DNA of 64,000 nucleotides from an uncultured Pseudomonadota bacterium (GCA_963836235.1 CAWIIP010000004.1:96001-160000); one strand, 5' to 3'. Positions 32,583 to 42,570 are shown, numbered from the stretch's first letter. Notes: a model not told the origin generated them from the sequence alone. Numbers and translations: made by a program.

Positions 32583-33218
32583 ATGTTTGAATATATTAAA
32601 TCCATCCTTGATAGAGACCCGGCGGCGAAGTGGTGGGAACTTCCTTTGTATCCCAGCCTCTATGCTTTGTTCCTGCATCGGGTCGCCCATTTTCTATGGT
32701 CGCTGGGGTTTATCCCAATTATTCCTCGCCTTATTTCCCAGATTTCCAGGTTTTTGACGGGCATTGAAATCCATCCAGGGGCCAGGATCGGCAGATGTTT
32801 CTTTATCGATCATGGAATGGGGACGGTTATCGGTGAAACTTGTGATATTGGTGATTACGTTACTTTGTTCCAAGGCGTGACCTTGGGCGGTACGGGTAAG
32901 GAAAAGGGCAAGCGCCATCCGACCTTGCGAAACCATGTGGTCGTCGCGGCCGGGGCCAAAGTGCTGGGAAACATCGAAATTGGGGAATATTCCAAAGTAG
33001 GGGCTAATGCGGTTGTGGTTTCAAAGGTCCCGCCGCACTCAACGGTGGTCGGAGTACCGGGAAGGGTCGTTTCCTTAAGAGGCCAGAAACTGGAAGGGCA
33101 CGAGCTGGATCATAACAAGCTTCCAGACCCGCTTTTACGACGGCTGGAACATCTCGAAAGGGATTTAGCCCGCCATGCCGGATCCTGGGTTTCCCGTAAC
33201 GAAAAAAAGTCCAAGTAA
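32583..33218 (+). CDS. cysE: Serine O-acetyltransferase
   Basis: RDPAA, GIEIHPGA, IDHG.G, KRHPT. Confidence 0.95.
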   Translation: MFEYIKSILDRDPAAKWWELPLYPSLYALFLHRVAHFLWSLGFIPIIPRLISQISRFLTGIEIHPGARIGRCFFIDHGMGTVIGETCDIGDYVTLFQGVTLGGTGKEKGKRHPTLRNHVVVAAGAKVLGNIEIGEYSKVGANAVVVSKVPPHSTVVGVPGRVVSLRGQKLEGHELDHNKLPDPLLRRLEHLERDLARHAGSWVSRNEKKSK

Positions 33219-33285
33219 CACAAGGTTGCCTAGCCTCCTTCCCCCGTGTACCCTAGCCTAAAGTTCAATACCTTTTGAGGTTTTT

Positions 33286-34716
33286 ATGCTGAAAGTTACC
33301 AACACTCTGTCCGGCGATAAAGAAGTCTTCCAGCCAATAGATCCACCCCAAGTGAAGATGTATGTCTGCGGACCCACCGTTTATGGCGACATTCATATCG
33401 GGAATGCCCGCTCCCAAGTTAATTTTGACGTCATCCGAAAGTACCTTGTTTATTCGGGTTACCAGGTGACCTATGTGGTAAACATCACCGATATTGACGA
33501 TAAGATCATCAAGATTTCCATTGAGGAAAAGCGGGACGCCAAAGAAGTGGCCGAAACCTATACCAAAGCTTATTTTGAGGTGATGGAGAAACTAGGAGTT
33601 CAAAAGGCCGATTTGCATCCCAAGGCCACGGATTTTATTGGGGAAATGGTTAATCTCATTTCAGGCCTTGTGGAAAAGGGACACGCTTATGCCGTTCCCT
33701 CGACGGAATTTGGAAAAGACGTTCTCTATGACTCAACGTCCTTTAAAAGTTATGGAAAGCTTTCAGGGAAGAATTTGGAGGAGCTTTTGGAAGGCGCCCG
33801 GGTGGAAAAGAACGACACCAAAAGGAATCCAACCGATTTCGTTTTATGGAAAGCTTCTAAAGCCGGGGAACCGCAATGGGATTCGCCCTGGGGCAAGGGC
33901 CGCCCGGGTTGGCACATCGAATGCTCGGCCATGGTGCGCAAGCTTCTGGGGGATTCCATTGATATCCACGGTGGGGGGATCGACCTGATCTTTCCCCATC
34001 ATGAAAATGAAATCGCCCAGTGTGAGGCTTTTACGGAAAAGCCCTATGTGAAATATTGGCTCCATAACGGATTTATTGAAATCTCGGGCCAGAAGATGAG
34101 CAAGTCCCTGGGTAATATCTGGAAGGCCAAGGATGCCTTGGCGGATTTCCGACCCGAAGTCCTGCGTTACTTTTTCCTTAGCGCCCATTACCGCAGTGGG
34201 CTCAATTATGATCGGCCCATTTTGGAAGCCGCAGCCAGGGGATGGGAGGAGTTCAACCAGACCTTCCAACGCATTGAAGACGCGCTTACCGGGCCCGATG
34301 GAATTGATCCCATGGATCTTTTGGAATTGCGCCTTGGAATTGATGAGGTGGAAACGAAGTTTAAAGAGGCCATGGACGACGATTTCAACACACCGAGGGC
34401 TCTCGCGGTTTTGTTCGATCTCGCCCGGGAGACCCGCCGGGTCTTGAGTCAATCGGCAAGGCCCACGGCGGGCGCCAAGAGTCTTTTGGGAGAAGCTCTC
34501 GAAAAACTCAATCAATTTGGCGGACTCTTGGGAGTCGTCTCGGCCAAGCGGGTCTCCGTGCCCAAAGAGATAGAGGAACTGGCCCAAACCCGTGTCCAAT
34601 TGAAGGCCGAAAAGAAATTCAAGGAAGCCGATGGAATACGGGACAAAGTTCTTCAAATGGGGTTTACAATTGAGGATGTGAAGGGCGGTCAGTTTAGAAT
34701 CCTGCCCAAAAAGTAA
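33286..34716 (+). CDS. cysS: Cysteine--tRNA ligase
   Basis: CGPTVY, HIGN, PGWHIECS, KMSKS. Confidence 0.97.
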   Translation: MLKVTNTLSGDKEVFQPIDPPQVKMYVCGPTVYGDIHIGNARSQVNFDVIRKYLVYSGYQVTYVVNITDIDDKIIKISIEEKRDAKEVAETYTKAYFEVMEKLGVQKADLHPKATDFIGEMVNLISGLVEKGHAYAVPSTEFGKDVLYDSTSFKSYGKLSGKNLEELLEGARVEKNDTKRNPTDFVLWKASKAGEPQWDSPWGKGRPGWHIECSAMVRKLLGDSIDIHGGGIDLIFPHHENEIAQCEAFTEKPYVKYWLHNGFIEISGQKMSKSLGNIWKAKDALADFRPEVLRYFFLSAHYRSGLNYDRPILEAAARGWEEFNQTFQRIEDALTGPDGIDPMDLLELRLGIDEVETKFKEAMDDDFNTPRALAVLFDLARETRRVLSQSARPTAGAKSLLGEALEKLNQFGGLLGVVSAKRVSVPKEIEELAQTRVQLKAEKKFKEADGIRDKVLQMGFTIEDVKGGQFRILPKK

Positions 34717-34730
34717 CCCCGGGTGTTTTT

Positions 34731-35681
34731 ATGAGCGAAAAAATATACGGCCGTAAACCTGTTTTGGAAGTCATCCGGTCGGGCAACCGGGCCGTTTCCC
34801 ATGTTTACCTATTGCAAGGCTCGCGAGATGTGGTCCTGGATCAAATTGAGTCCCACGCGAAGGCCCGGGGTATTCCCATCAATTTGGAAACCCGGCACCG
34901 CATGGACACCCTGGCCGGAAGCGACAACCATCAAGGTGTCATTGCCGTGGCGGATAACTACCAATACGCCGACCTGCAGGACCTTCTCGATATCGCCCGG
35001 GATAAAAACGAGGCCCCCTTCATCCTTCTTCTGGATGAAATTGAGGACCCACAAAATCTCGGTGCCATTCTTCGTTCCGCCGACGCGGCGGGTGTCCATG
35101 GAGTCGTCATCCCCAAACACCGGGCCGCGGATATTACCGCGGCGGTCATTAAATCTTCCGCCGGCGCGGCCGAACACGTGAATACCGTTAAAATTACCAA
35201 TCTCAATGAAACTATTCGATTGCTTAAGGAAGCCAATGTATGGGTAGTGGGTGCGGATGGGGAAGCGGAGAAGAATTTTTACGATTACGATTACCGCCAA
35301 CCGGTGGCTTTAATCATCGGGAATGAGGGCAATGGATTGAGGCGGTTGGTAAAGGAAAACTGCGACGAACTGGTCAAAATTCCCATGGCTGGGAAGATGT
35401 CTTCCTTGAACGCTTCCGTGGCTGCGGCTCTCGTCTTGTTTGAAGTGACCCGTCAGAGGAAGTGGGGCATGGGTCTTGCCAGCAAGGATCCCCCTCTTTC
35501 TTCCTATGGAGTCGGCCTGTCTCCTGAAAAAGACTTTTTTCGCTCACGCCCTGATCCGGATCCTGAAACGCCGGGTGAGGGCGATCCTCCGCGGTTCGAT
35601 ATAAGTCCGTCGGATCATCTAGAAGAGAATATTTCACAAGACTCGCCAGGTAATAATAAAGGCGGGGGTTTTAAGTGGTGA
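34731..35681 (+). CDS. rlmB: 23S rRNA (G2251) 2'-O-methyltransferase with C-terminal extension
   Basis: HQGV, DPQNLGAILRSA, GNEG.G, SLNASVA. Confidence 0.93.
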   Translation: MSEKIYGRKPVLEVIRSGNRAVSHVYLLQGSRDVVLDQIESHAKARGIPINLETRHRMDTLAGSDNHQGVIAVADNYQYADLQDLLDIARDKNEAPFILLLDEIEDPQNLGAILRSADAAGVHGVVIPKHRAADITAAVIKSSAGAAEHVNTVKITNLNETIRLLKEANVWVVGADGEAEKNFYDYDYRQPVALIIGNEGNGLRRLVKENCDELVKIPMAGKMSSLNASVAAALVLFEVTRQRKWGMGLASKDPPLSSYGVGLSPEKDFFRSRPDPDPETPGEGDPPRFDISPSDHLEENISQDSPGNNKGGGFKW

Positions 35682-35695
35682 AAGGGCCTTGTCGC

Positions 35696-35724
35696 TTGAC
35701 GCCCTGAAGAGGCACTTCTATAAT
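35696..35724 (+). promoter_or_regulatory. Sigma70 promoter of tRNA-Thr
   Basis: TTGACG-17-TATAAT. Confidence 0.85.
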
Positions 35725-35761
35725 CCCCTTTCCTTTGACGACGTAGGCTTCACTTGCTCGG

Positions 35762-35837
35762 GCTGGCGTAGCTCAGTTGGTAGAGCAGCCGCCTTGTAAG
35801 CGGCAGGTCACCGGTCCGATTCCGGTCGCCAGCTCCA
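35762..35837 (+). tRNA. tRNA-Thr(UGU)
   Basis: 76 nt cloverleaf: GCTGGCG/CGCCAGC acceptor stem, anticodon loop CTTGTAA, encoded CCA; T-loop reads TCCGATT. Confidence 0.95.
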
Positions 35838-35925
35838 TTTTTAAAATTACTTGCCACTGGTGCACTTTAGAAGCCTTTGCCTGTAAGGGTTTTCATTAAC
35901 CTTGCCGGTGGAGGCTTTTTTTTAA

Positions 35926-35999
35926 ATCCATGAACATCCATGACCATCCAAGGCAATCCCTGGCAAAAATGGACTGAGTAAGACACGAATAAGACACGA
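35926..35999 (+). repeat. Short direct repeats near attachment site (possible integrase arm/Xis sites)
   Basis: ATCCATGAAC-ATCCATGACC-ATCCA and TAAGACACGA x2 (35979-35988, 35990-35999). Confidence 0.5.
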
Positions 36000-36107
36000 G
36001 GTTTTATTTAATTATTGGTCTTATATGAACTTGCCAACTTTGTGCGGTAGGAATAAAAGTTAAAGGGTCTTTTGTGTTCCAAAAACCTTTTAAGAAGATT
36101 TACCGCC

Positions 36108-37913
36108 ATGGCCTGGAATTTTTTTAAAAAAATTGAGAGCTATACCCCTCCCATATTGGTCGGATTTGGGGTCTATTCGGGCCTCAAATTCACTCTTGAG
36201 GTCTTAGGGGTCATTGGCCTGTCCTTTACCCCTTTTGACACCCTAGCAGCCCTTTCCGTGGGTTTTCTCTACTTGTTTGAGAAGCACGTCCGTATCGACC
36301 ACCTTCTGGCTATTGCACCGGCGGTTATAGCCTTGGCCTTTTGCCACGACTTTTTCGGGGTGTTCCTGGGTAACGAAGGGTTTACGGGTGATGTGGTGAT
36401 GGGCATTTCCATCATCATCGGCTTTTGCTTTTATTTCATTCATTTCTGGATGAGGCATGTCCCAGACCAACAGGGAGAATCACCCAAAGCGGAAGGCGGG
36501 AAATATTCCCTATACCTGGATGCGGAAAATAAATATTTCATTCCTGGGGACTTTCTCAAATACCACACTGAGGTTATCGGATCTTCAGGAATGGGAAAGA
36601 CCAATATTTTCAATTATCTCATTGAGCAGGGAATCAAGAATGGTCTTGGAATGTTTGTGTTCGATGCAAAATCAAATTACAACAAAACCATCCCTTATTA
36701 CGCCGAAAAGCACAAACGGCTTGGTGACCTTAAATACTTTGACTTAGCAGATATCAAAAGAAGCCAGACCTACAACCCAGACTTTAAGGAAAAGGCTGAC
36801 GAGGTTTTTAACGGCCTCATGAAGTCTATTTTCTTCGGGCCGGTGACTCAGGAATTTTACCGGGACCAAGCCGCTGACGTTTTGAGTAACCTAACAAACC
36901 TTCTTTTCCTAGAATTTAAGCATGTAACGCGGATGGATTACCAGAACCTTATATCCAATGAGATCAGGTCATTCGGTACGATCAAGGCTTTGGCAAAGCG
37001 TCACGAGGACACCGTCTCAGGGAAATACTTCTTGGAGAAATGGGTCAATATGTCCGAAAAGGACAGGGAGTTGAACCTATCGGGCCTAACTAGCAAACTT
37101 TCCCGGTTCACTAGCAGGGAATGGTCGCCCCTTATTAATACCTTGCACCCGGATATCCAGATGAAGGATGTAGTTGAGAAAGAGCAGATTTTCCTATTCG
37201 GAACGTCTTCCCTTGTGAACCAAGAAGACTCTAAACCGATCATTATTTCTGCCTTAATCGACTTGGCGGGGGTAATAGGTCGAAGGCTTATCGAGAAGTC
37301 CGATAGGCCTTTTTTCGTATTTTTGGACGAGTTCTATACCGCCGCTTATCCAGGGTTAAATGACCTTATTTCCCTTGGACGGGAGGCTAACGTTTGCTTC
37401 TTTCTGGCCCACCACAGCCTGGGCCAGTTAGGGGCGGTTAGCCAGGAGTTTAAGGACGACATTCTCACCAATACCAACCACAAAATTGTGATGAATATCA
37501 CGGAGAAGGCTACCGTGGATTTCTTCGCATCGATATTCGGAACCAAAGTCACCAAGAAGGACGTTTATTCCTATGACACTCGTATGGCTCAGGCAAGGGG
37601 AAGGACGGAGAAACAAGATGAGGAATTCATCATCCACCCCAATTACTTGCGGGGAATGAAGCGCGGGGAGGCCGTGTGCCGGATTGTTTACGTAACTGGT
37701 CCAAAAGTTTTCAAAATAAAGCTCAAGGAAGTTAAACCCCCGCCAAGGGAGTTTGATTATGTCGGTTGCGTTCCAATTCGTAATAACCATCAAAAGACAA
37801 ATGATTTTAATAAAGTTGAAATCCCCGATGCTCCTAAAAATAAAAAGGAAAAATCAAAAAAAGGGCCGCCGGACCAAGGAAACCTTGAAACCGAATTAAA
37901 GTTGAATAACTAA
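36108..37913 (+). CDS. Type IV coupling protein (TraD/VirD4-like ATPase)
   Basis: N-terminal TMs; Walker A GSSGMGKT; FDAK, TYNP; Walker B FFVFLDEF; GREAN. Confidence 0.85.
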   Translation: MAWNFFKKIESYTPPILVGFGVYSGLKFTLEVLGVIGLSFTPFDTLAALSVGFLYLFEKHVRIDHLLAIAPAVIALAFCHDFFGVFLGNEGFTGDVVMGISIIIGFCFYFIHFWMRHVPDQQGESPKAEGGKYSLYLDAENKYFIPGDFLKYHTEVIGSSGMGKTNIFNYLIEQGIKNGLGMFVFDAKSNYNKTIPYYAEKHKRLGDLKYFDLADIKRSQTYNPDFKEKADEVFNGLMKSIFFGPVTQEFYRDQAADVLSNLTNLLFLEFKHVTRMDYQNLISNEIRSFGTIKALAKRHEDTVSGKYFLEKWVNMSEKDRELNLSGLTSKLSRFTSREWSPLINTLHPDIQMKDVVEKEQIFLFGTSSLVNQEDSKPIIISALIDLAGVIGRRLIEKSDRPFFVFLDEFYTAAYPGLNDLISLGREANVCFFLAHHSLGQLGAVSQEFKDDILTNTNHKIVMNITEKATVDFFASIFGTKVTKKDVYSYDTRMAQARGRTEKQDEEFIIHPNYLRGMKRGEAVCRIVYVTGPKVFKIKLKEVKPPPREFDYVGCVPIRNNHQKTNDFNKVEIPDAPKNKKEKSKKGPPDQGNLETELKLNN

Positions 37914-37927
37914 GAATAGGGAAATTA

Positions 37928-38740
37928 ATGGAATCAACCATGGAAATATCCGAATTGGAAGCCAGTCATCTAACCTGGATTCATTCAAATAAATTCACAA
38001 CGCCAGAGCTTTTCCACAAACGGTTTATCCATCCAAAAACCTACCGTCAGGCCTGTTCAATTTTAAGGGACCAATATCTTGAAAAAGGGTTAGTCGGATT
38101 AACGAAAGCTGAGTCCACCACCTTTCAGGATTCGATGTATTTCCTCTCTACGAAAGCCATAAAGATTTTGGACGAAAAGGAAAAAATATTAGTAAAAAGC
38201 ACAAATTATCCCGTGAGGATTAACCCTTACGAAAGGCAGCACGACCTTGAGGTCCAAGCCATAAGGATAGCCTTTGAGAAAAATGTTCAACTCGGAAGGA
38301 TTTTTTGGCTTTCGGATTTCGAAATGAGGGGTGGTATCACCCAGGGCGTGAAAAAAGCCTTTTTGTCCGGTGATTTGGATAAGGAGGAATGGCGTTCTAA
38401 TTGGGTTAATACCCAGATAAGGGGGAGGAGAACCCCGGACGGGTATTTTGAAACGGATTTGGATGGAAAAAGGTACGGGTTCACTTTGGAGTATGAGCAT
38501 GTCCAAAACCCCGAGGCCAAGATCGGCAGGATGATTGAATACTTAAAAGATTCCTTTCCCAATGTTTTAAGGCTTGTTGTATCTGCGGATAAGAAAAATG
38601 CCACGAGGATGATGAATATCCTTCGGGGCAAGGTCAGGGAAAGCGAATGGGACCGTTGGTTTGTCTCATATTTCGAGAGGGCAACGACTTTGCCTTTTAA
38701 AAAAATATGGCACCAGCTAAACCAACCTATCAAGGGATAA
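37928..38740 (+). CDS. Replication-relaxation (Replic_Relax)-like protein
   Basis: N-terminal wHTH-like region, HDLEV, PDG.F...LEYE PD-(D/E)XK-like motif; adjacent to T4CP. Confidence 0.6.
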   Translation: MESTMEISELEASHLTWIHSNKFTTPELFHKRFIHPKTYRQACSILRDQYLEKGLVGLTKAESTTFQDSMYFLSTKAIKILDEKEKILVKSTNYPVRINPYERQHDLEVQAIRIAFEKNVQLGRIFWLSDFEMRGGITQGVKKAFLSGDLDKEEWRSNWVNTQIRGRRTPDGYFETDLDGKRYGFTLEYEHVQNPEAKIGRMIEYLKDSFPNVLRLVVSADKKNATRMMNILRGKVRESEWDRWFVSYFERATTLPFKKIWHQLNQPIKG

Positions 38741-38762
38741 AAACGGCATATATCGCGCTGGC

Positions 38763-38789
38763 TTGACATTGAGTCGCTTATAAGCGACT
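38763..38789 (+). promoter_or_regulatory. TA promoter with perfect 18-bp palindromic operator
   Basis: TTGACA (38763) then AGTCGCTTA-TAAGCGACT (38772-38789). Confidence 0.75.
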
Positions 38790-38807
38790 ATTGAGAAAGG
38801 AACCGTT

Positions 38808-39167
38808 TTGATGGAGCAAAACCCTTGGGCGATAGAACACTATGAAACACGGTCGGGAGTCAAACCCTTTGAGGTCTGGTTTGACCATCAAAGGAAAAGT
38901 GACCCCGTTACAGCGGCCTTAGTTGGCAAAAGAATTTCCCGATTGAGGTTTGGACATTTGGGAGATTACGACAACGTTGGAGATGGGGTTCTCGAACTTA
39001 GGAATTTCCACGGGCCAGGATACCGGATATATACCGGGAGAATTGGGGCCACCATGTACCTTCTTCTTGTGGGAGGAAGCAAGGGAAACCAGAACTCGGA
39101 CATTAAGCTGGCACGGGAATACTTTCGGGAATTTAAGGGAAGAAAGAAGAAGGAAGGTTCAAAATGA
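38808..39167 (+). CDS. RelE/HigB-like addiction module toxin (HI1419 type)
   Basis: PF..W, RI.RL..G..GD...VG.GV.ELR...GPGYRIY, GGSK..Q..DI. Confidence 0.88.
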   Translation: MMEQNPWAIEHYETRSGVKPFEVWFDHQRKSDPVTAALVGKRISRLRFGHLGDYDNVGDGVLELRNFHGPGYRIYTGRIGATMYLLLVGGSKGNQNSDIKLAREYFREFKGRKKKEGSK

Positions 39168-39499
39168 AAAAGAACGCCGCTACAACGGACCACGACGATT
39201 TTATCGTCGGACAGTTAAAAAAGGACCCACGGTTTCTTGAAGCTTACCTAAATGAAGCCCTAAGTGACGAAAACGAGGACCCCCGCGTCGTTCTGGATAT
39301 GCTTCGTAAAGTCGCTGAGGCCAGTGGTGGGGTTAGAAAGTTGGCCCAGGCCGCAGACCTCAACCGGCAGAACCTTTATAAGGCCCTTTCCGCAGAGAAG
39401 GGAAACCCTGAATTTTTCACCATCAATAAGATCGTTAACGCCCTTGGTTTTCATTTCAAGCTTGTCAAAAACAAAAGACGACTGGCGATGGCGAAGTAA
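39164..39499 (+). CDS. HTH addiction module antidote (HI1420 type)
   Basis: YLNEAL, G...LA....NRQNLYKALS..GNP.F.T. Confidence 0.88.
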   Translation: MKKNAATTDHDDFIVGQLKKDPRFLEAYLNEALSDENEDPRVVLDMLRKVAEASGGVRKLAQAADLNRQNLYKALSAEKGNPEFFTINKIVNALGFHFKLVKNKRRLAMAK

Positions 39500-39625
39500 T
39501 TTTATTAACCCCTCCAGACATTCCGAAGCCTAATAAATAATGTCAAAATTTTAATTACCAAAAGAGAAACCCTCAACCCTGAAGGCTTCAAAAGAGGTAA
39601 AATCAAAATGGTCTTTGTGAAAGCG

Positions 39626-39655
39626 GTGTCCACGATTGGGACCCGCATTGGACAG
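39626..39655 (+). repeat. Palindromic cassette-boundary site S1 (degenerate)
   Basis: GTGTCCACGATTGG-GA-CCCGCATTGGACAG. Confidence 0.8.
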
Positions 39656-39723
39656 GATAATTTTAATGATCGAGCCGTTTCTAAAGAGTTGAAATCAAGG
39701 TTGGATATTGAAAGAATCCTTTC

Positions 39724-40497
39724 ATGACCACCCGAATCCTTAAACCCTGGCCCGTTCTGGCGGACGTCATCGCTTCCATTGATCTTCATGACACCGCAAC
39801 CACTGGCGAAGGTCCCGCCTATTCGGTTTTGCCCTCCCCCCAATTTGTCATGGGGTTTCAATTGCAAGGCCGTTTGAAAACGCTTCGTCCTGGGACCGAA
39901 ACAACCCTTACTCCCAGCGGCGTTACCGGACTCCAGGGGCAAAGCCGTCTTTATCAAGGGGTCGGTAAGACCCGGTCCATCCTGGTGCGGTTCAAACCAT
40001 GGGGGCCTTCCTGCTTTTTACCGGGGCCCATGGGCGAGCTGATGAACGAAAGTGTGGATTTGCGCCAGTTGTGGGACCCGCAAGAAGTCAGCGACCTCGA
40101 AGATAAGCTTTATCACTCTACGCCCGGACCGGCGGTGGTCCTCTTGCAAACTTTTCTGGTCAAGTGCCGCCGGTTTCAAACCATCGATCCTCTGGCGCTC
40201 AACGCCGCCCAACGGTTCATCCTCAAAGCGGGTAATGTTTTGATCGGACGCATGGCCGGGGAACTGGCCACCACCGAACGTTCCCTCGAAAGACGGTTCC
40301 AGCAATGGATCGGCACCAGCCCCAAACGGTTCGCGGCCCTGCTGCGCTTCCAGAAAAGCATCCAAATGCTTCAGGCGGGAAAGGATGGAACCGAAGTGGC
40401 CTATGAATGCGGCTATTTCGACCAGGCTCATTTCATCCAGGAATTCAAGAATTTTACCGGTGTTTCACCCCAAAAATACAAAATCGGGCTGCTTTAA
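39724..40497 (+). CDS. AraC-family transcriptional regulator
   Basis: C-terminal double HTH (LERRF...G.SPK, GYFDQAHFI.EFK.FTG.SP). Confidence 0.9.
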   Translation: MTTRILKPWPVLADVIASIDLHDTATTGEGPAYSVLPSPQFVMGFQLQGRLKTLRPGTETTLTPSGVTGLQGQSRLYQGVGKTRSILVRFKPWGPSCFLPGPMGELMNESVDLRQLWDPQEVSDLEDKLYHSTPGPAVVLLQTFLVKCRRFQTIDPLALNAAQRFILKAGNVLIGRMAGELATTERSLERRFQQWIGTSPKRFAALLRFQKSIQMLQAGKDGTEVAYECGYFDQAHFIQEFKNFTGVSPQKYKIGLL

Positions 40498-40582
40498 GAT
40501 TGTCGGATTTTTCCAATAGGTTTTTTTCACTCTTTCCTAAAATTATTCAAGTTGGTTTATTACATCAAACAGGAGGACGTCA

Positions 40583-41245
40583 ATGAAAACGGAACAAAGG
40601 GCAGAGGTTTTGATTAATGTACACAAGGGGCTCCGCCGGGGGCTGTTGGGCCTGGCCCTCAAGCTGGGAGCCCTGGACTGGCAGGATCAGGAAGAGGTCA
40701 AGGCGGCCGGGGCGGATTTCGCCACCATGCTTCACTTTTTAAGGGAACACGCGGCCAACGAGGATCAGATCCAATTTCCTCTGCTGGAAAACAAGGTGTC
40801 CGGGGCCGCCCGCCGGGAAATGGAAGAACACCATCGCCTGGATGCACAGATCGACGATTTGGAAAAACAATGGGTGAGGCTGGCTGTGGAAGAGGACAAA
40901 TCCAAGCCGGGTTACGCCTTCTATCTGGCCTATAACCGGTTCCTTTCGGATTATCTGGCCCACATGGACCACGAAGAGACGGATCTGACCGACGCCCTTT
41001 ATCAAAATTTCACCGACGCTGAAATCGAGGCGGAGTTCAAAAAAATCATCGCCCGCACCCAGCCCGCGGACATGGGCATGATGCTGGGCTATATGATCCC
41101 GGGGATGAATCCGGGGGAGAGGGCCCAGTTCCTTTCCAAGCTTCAAAAGACCGCGCCGGCGCCGGTTTTTGAGAAAGTGAAAGGATTGGCCCAAAAGGTT
41201 CTGTCTTCCGGCGATTGGGAAAAGCTATCAGCACGGTTAGGATAA
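40583..41245 (+). CDS. Hemerythrin-like domain protein
   Basis: HKGLR, H...ED, EH, H...EE ligand pattern. Confidence 0.8.
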   Translation: MKTEQRAEVLINVHKGLRRGLLGLALKLGALDWQDQEEVKAAGADFATMLHFLREHAANEDQIQFPLLENKVSGAARREMEEHHRLDAQIDDLEKQWVRLAVEEDKSKPGYAFYLAYNRFLSDYLAHMDHEETDLTDALYQNFTDAEIEAEFKKIIARTQPADMGMMLGYMIPGMNPGERAQFLSKLQKTAPAPVFEKVKGLAQKVLSSGDWEKLSARLG

Positions 41246-41272
41246 CCGTGATGGTGAAAACCGCTACTAATG

Positions 41273-41302
41273 TTGTCCACGACGGGGACCCATCGTGGAC
41301 AA
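41273..41302 (+). repeat. Palindromic cassette-boundary site S2
   Basis: TTGTCCACGACGGG-GA-CCCATCGTGGACAA. Confidence 0.95.
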
Positions 41303-41346
41303 AGTGATAACCATTTACCGATCAAAAAAACTAGGTTATCTGAAGC

Positions 41347-41694
41347 TCAAGCGTTCTTGTAATCGGTGAGGGCCCAAACCGCCAAAATCACGATCCCGCA
41401 AGTAACATAAAAACCAAGGACCGCTGGTACGGAGGAAAGTCCTAGGACAAAGGGCAGGGCGATGAGGCAGGGCCCGACCACTAATTCGATATAGCCGTGT
41501 ATTTTAAAAGGTATTACCTTCACCAGACCCATGGGAAAGTTCGTCAAGAACGTGAGGGCGAAGTGCACTCCCGCCAGGGAGTAGGAAATGACTGCCGGTA
41601 TCCCTGAAAAATGGAGAAGGGAGGGGGCGGCCAAGAAAACCAAAACAACCACGTAATCCAAATAACCATGAATCTTTGAGTTGATTATTTTCAT
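41347..41694 (-). CDS. Small membrane protein (SPW-repeat-like)
   Basis: Duplicated K.HGY.(D/E) TM module, ends ALTDY. Confidence 0.65.
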   Translation of the reverse strand: MKIINSKIHGYLDYVVVLVFLAAPSLLHFSGIPAVISYSLAGVHFALTFLTNFPMGLVKVIPFKIHGYIELVVGPCLIALPFVLGLSSVPAVLGFYVTCGIVILAVWALTDYKNA

Positions 41695-42338
41695 TTCAAA
41701 GCATCCTTTGCCGCCTTCATTAAATCTTCCGGGTTGACTCTTATTTTAATATCCGCGTTGAAATAAACGAAATGAATAAGACCCTTGGTGTCCACCACAA
41801 AGGCCGCTGGAACGGGCAATTCGTGGAGGGAATTCCCCGTGGCTTTGTCCAGATCGTGGCCGTAACTTTTCATCATCCCCAGCGTTTTCTCATCCAGGCG
41901 ATAGGCCAGGCCGAATTGACGGGTCAACTCCATGGTCCGGTCGGAAAGCAGGATATAGTTGATCCCGTGTTTCTCCAGGCTTTCCTTCAGGCTTTCGGGT
42001 TTGTCCGGCGTAATCGCCAAGACTTGATAACCCATTTTCATCAAATCAGGTTCGATCTTCACCAATTGGCCCATTTGCAAGTTGCAATAGGGACACCATC
42101 CCCCCCGGTAAAAAATAAGGATACTGGGCTTTTGGGAAATAAGGGTTTTGAGGGCCACCTTTTTTCCATCAAGGGTCGTCAGCTCCCCGTTGGGAATGCT
42201 TTGCCCCTTTTTGAGGGGTTGGACATCCTGCGGATTATCGTAAATCGGTTTTTTCATGGAATCGGCCCGAGCCATTTCAACCATTCCCAAACCTCCTCCA
42301 AAAAGAACCGTCAGGATGAGCGCCCATCGCTTTAACAT
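41691..42338 (-). CDS. Secreted AhpC/TSA peroxiredoxin-like protein
   Basis: Signal peptide; FYRGGWCPYCN, LPVPA.FVVD. Confidence 0.85.
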   Translation of the reverse strand: MLKRWALILTVLFGGGLGMVEMARADSMKKPIYDNPQDVQPLKKGQSIPNGELTTLDGKKVALKTLISQKPSILIFYRGGWCPYCNLQMGQLVKIEPDLMKMGYQVLAITPDKPESLKESLEKHGINYILLSDRTMELTRQFGLAYRLDEKTLGMMKSYGHDLDKATGNSLHELPVPAAFVVDTKGLIHFVYFNADIKIRVNPEDLMKAAKDALK

Positions 42339-42471
42339 TCACCACCTCCGTGATTTTTAGTTTCCCGATGATTTGAAGGGATGAATACCTGGCCCTAGTT
42401 ATGAGGGCAAATACGTTCATCTGGTATGAAAAGTTACTTCCCTTGACCAAAACAAAGGTAAAGTATTGGCC

Positions 42472-42501
42472 TTGTCCACGACGGGGACCCGTCGTGGACA
42501 G
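42472..42501 (+). repeat. Palindromic cassette-boundary site S3
   Basis: TTGTCCACGACGGG-GA-CCCGTCGTGGACAG. Confidence 0.95.
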
Positions 42502-42539
42502 GCAAACCGACGGTTGAATCGGCCCCAATTTCGGTGTAT

Positions 42540-42553
42540 TCTTACTGGTAAGA
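42540..42553. promoter_or_regulatory. Probable antitoxin operator
   Basis: TCTTAC-TG-GTAAGA palindrome just upstream of the AbrB-type gene. Confidence 0.55.
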
Positions 42554-42570
42554 TTACTGGGAGGTAACCT

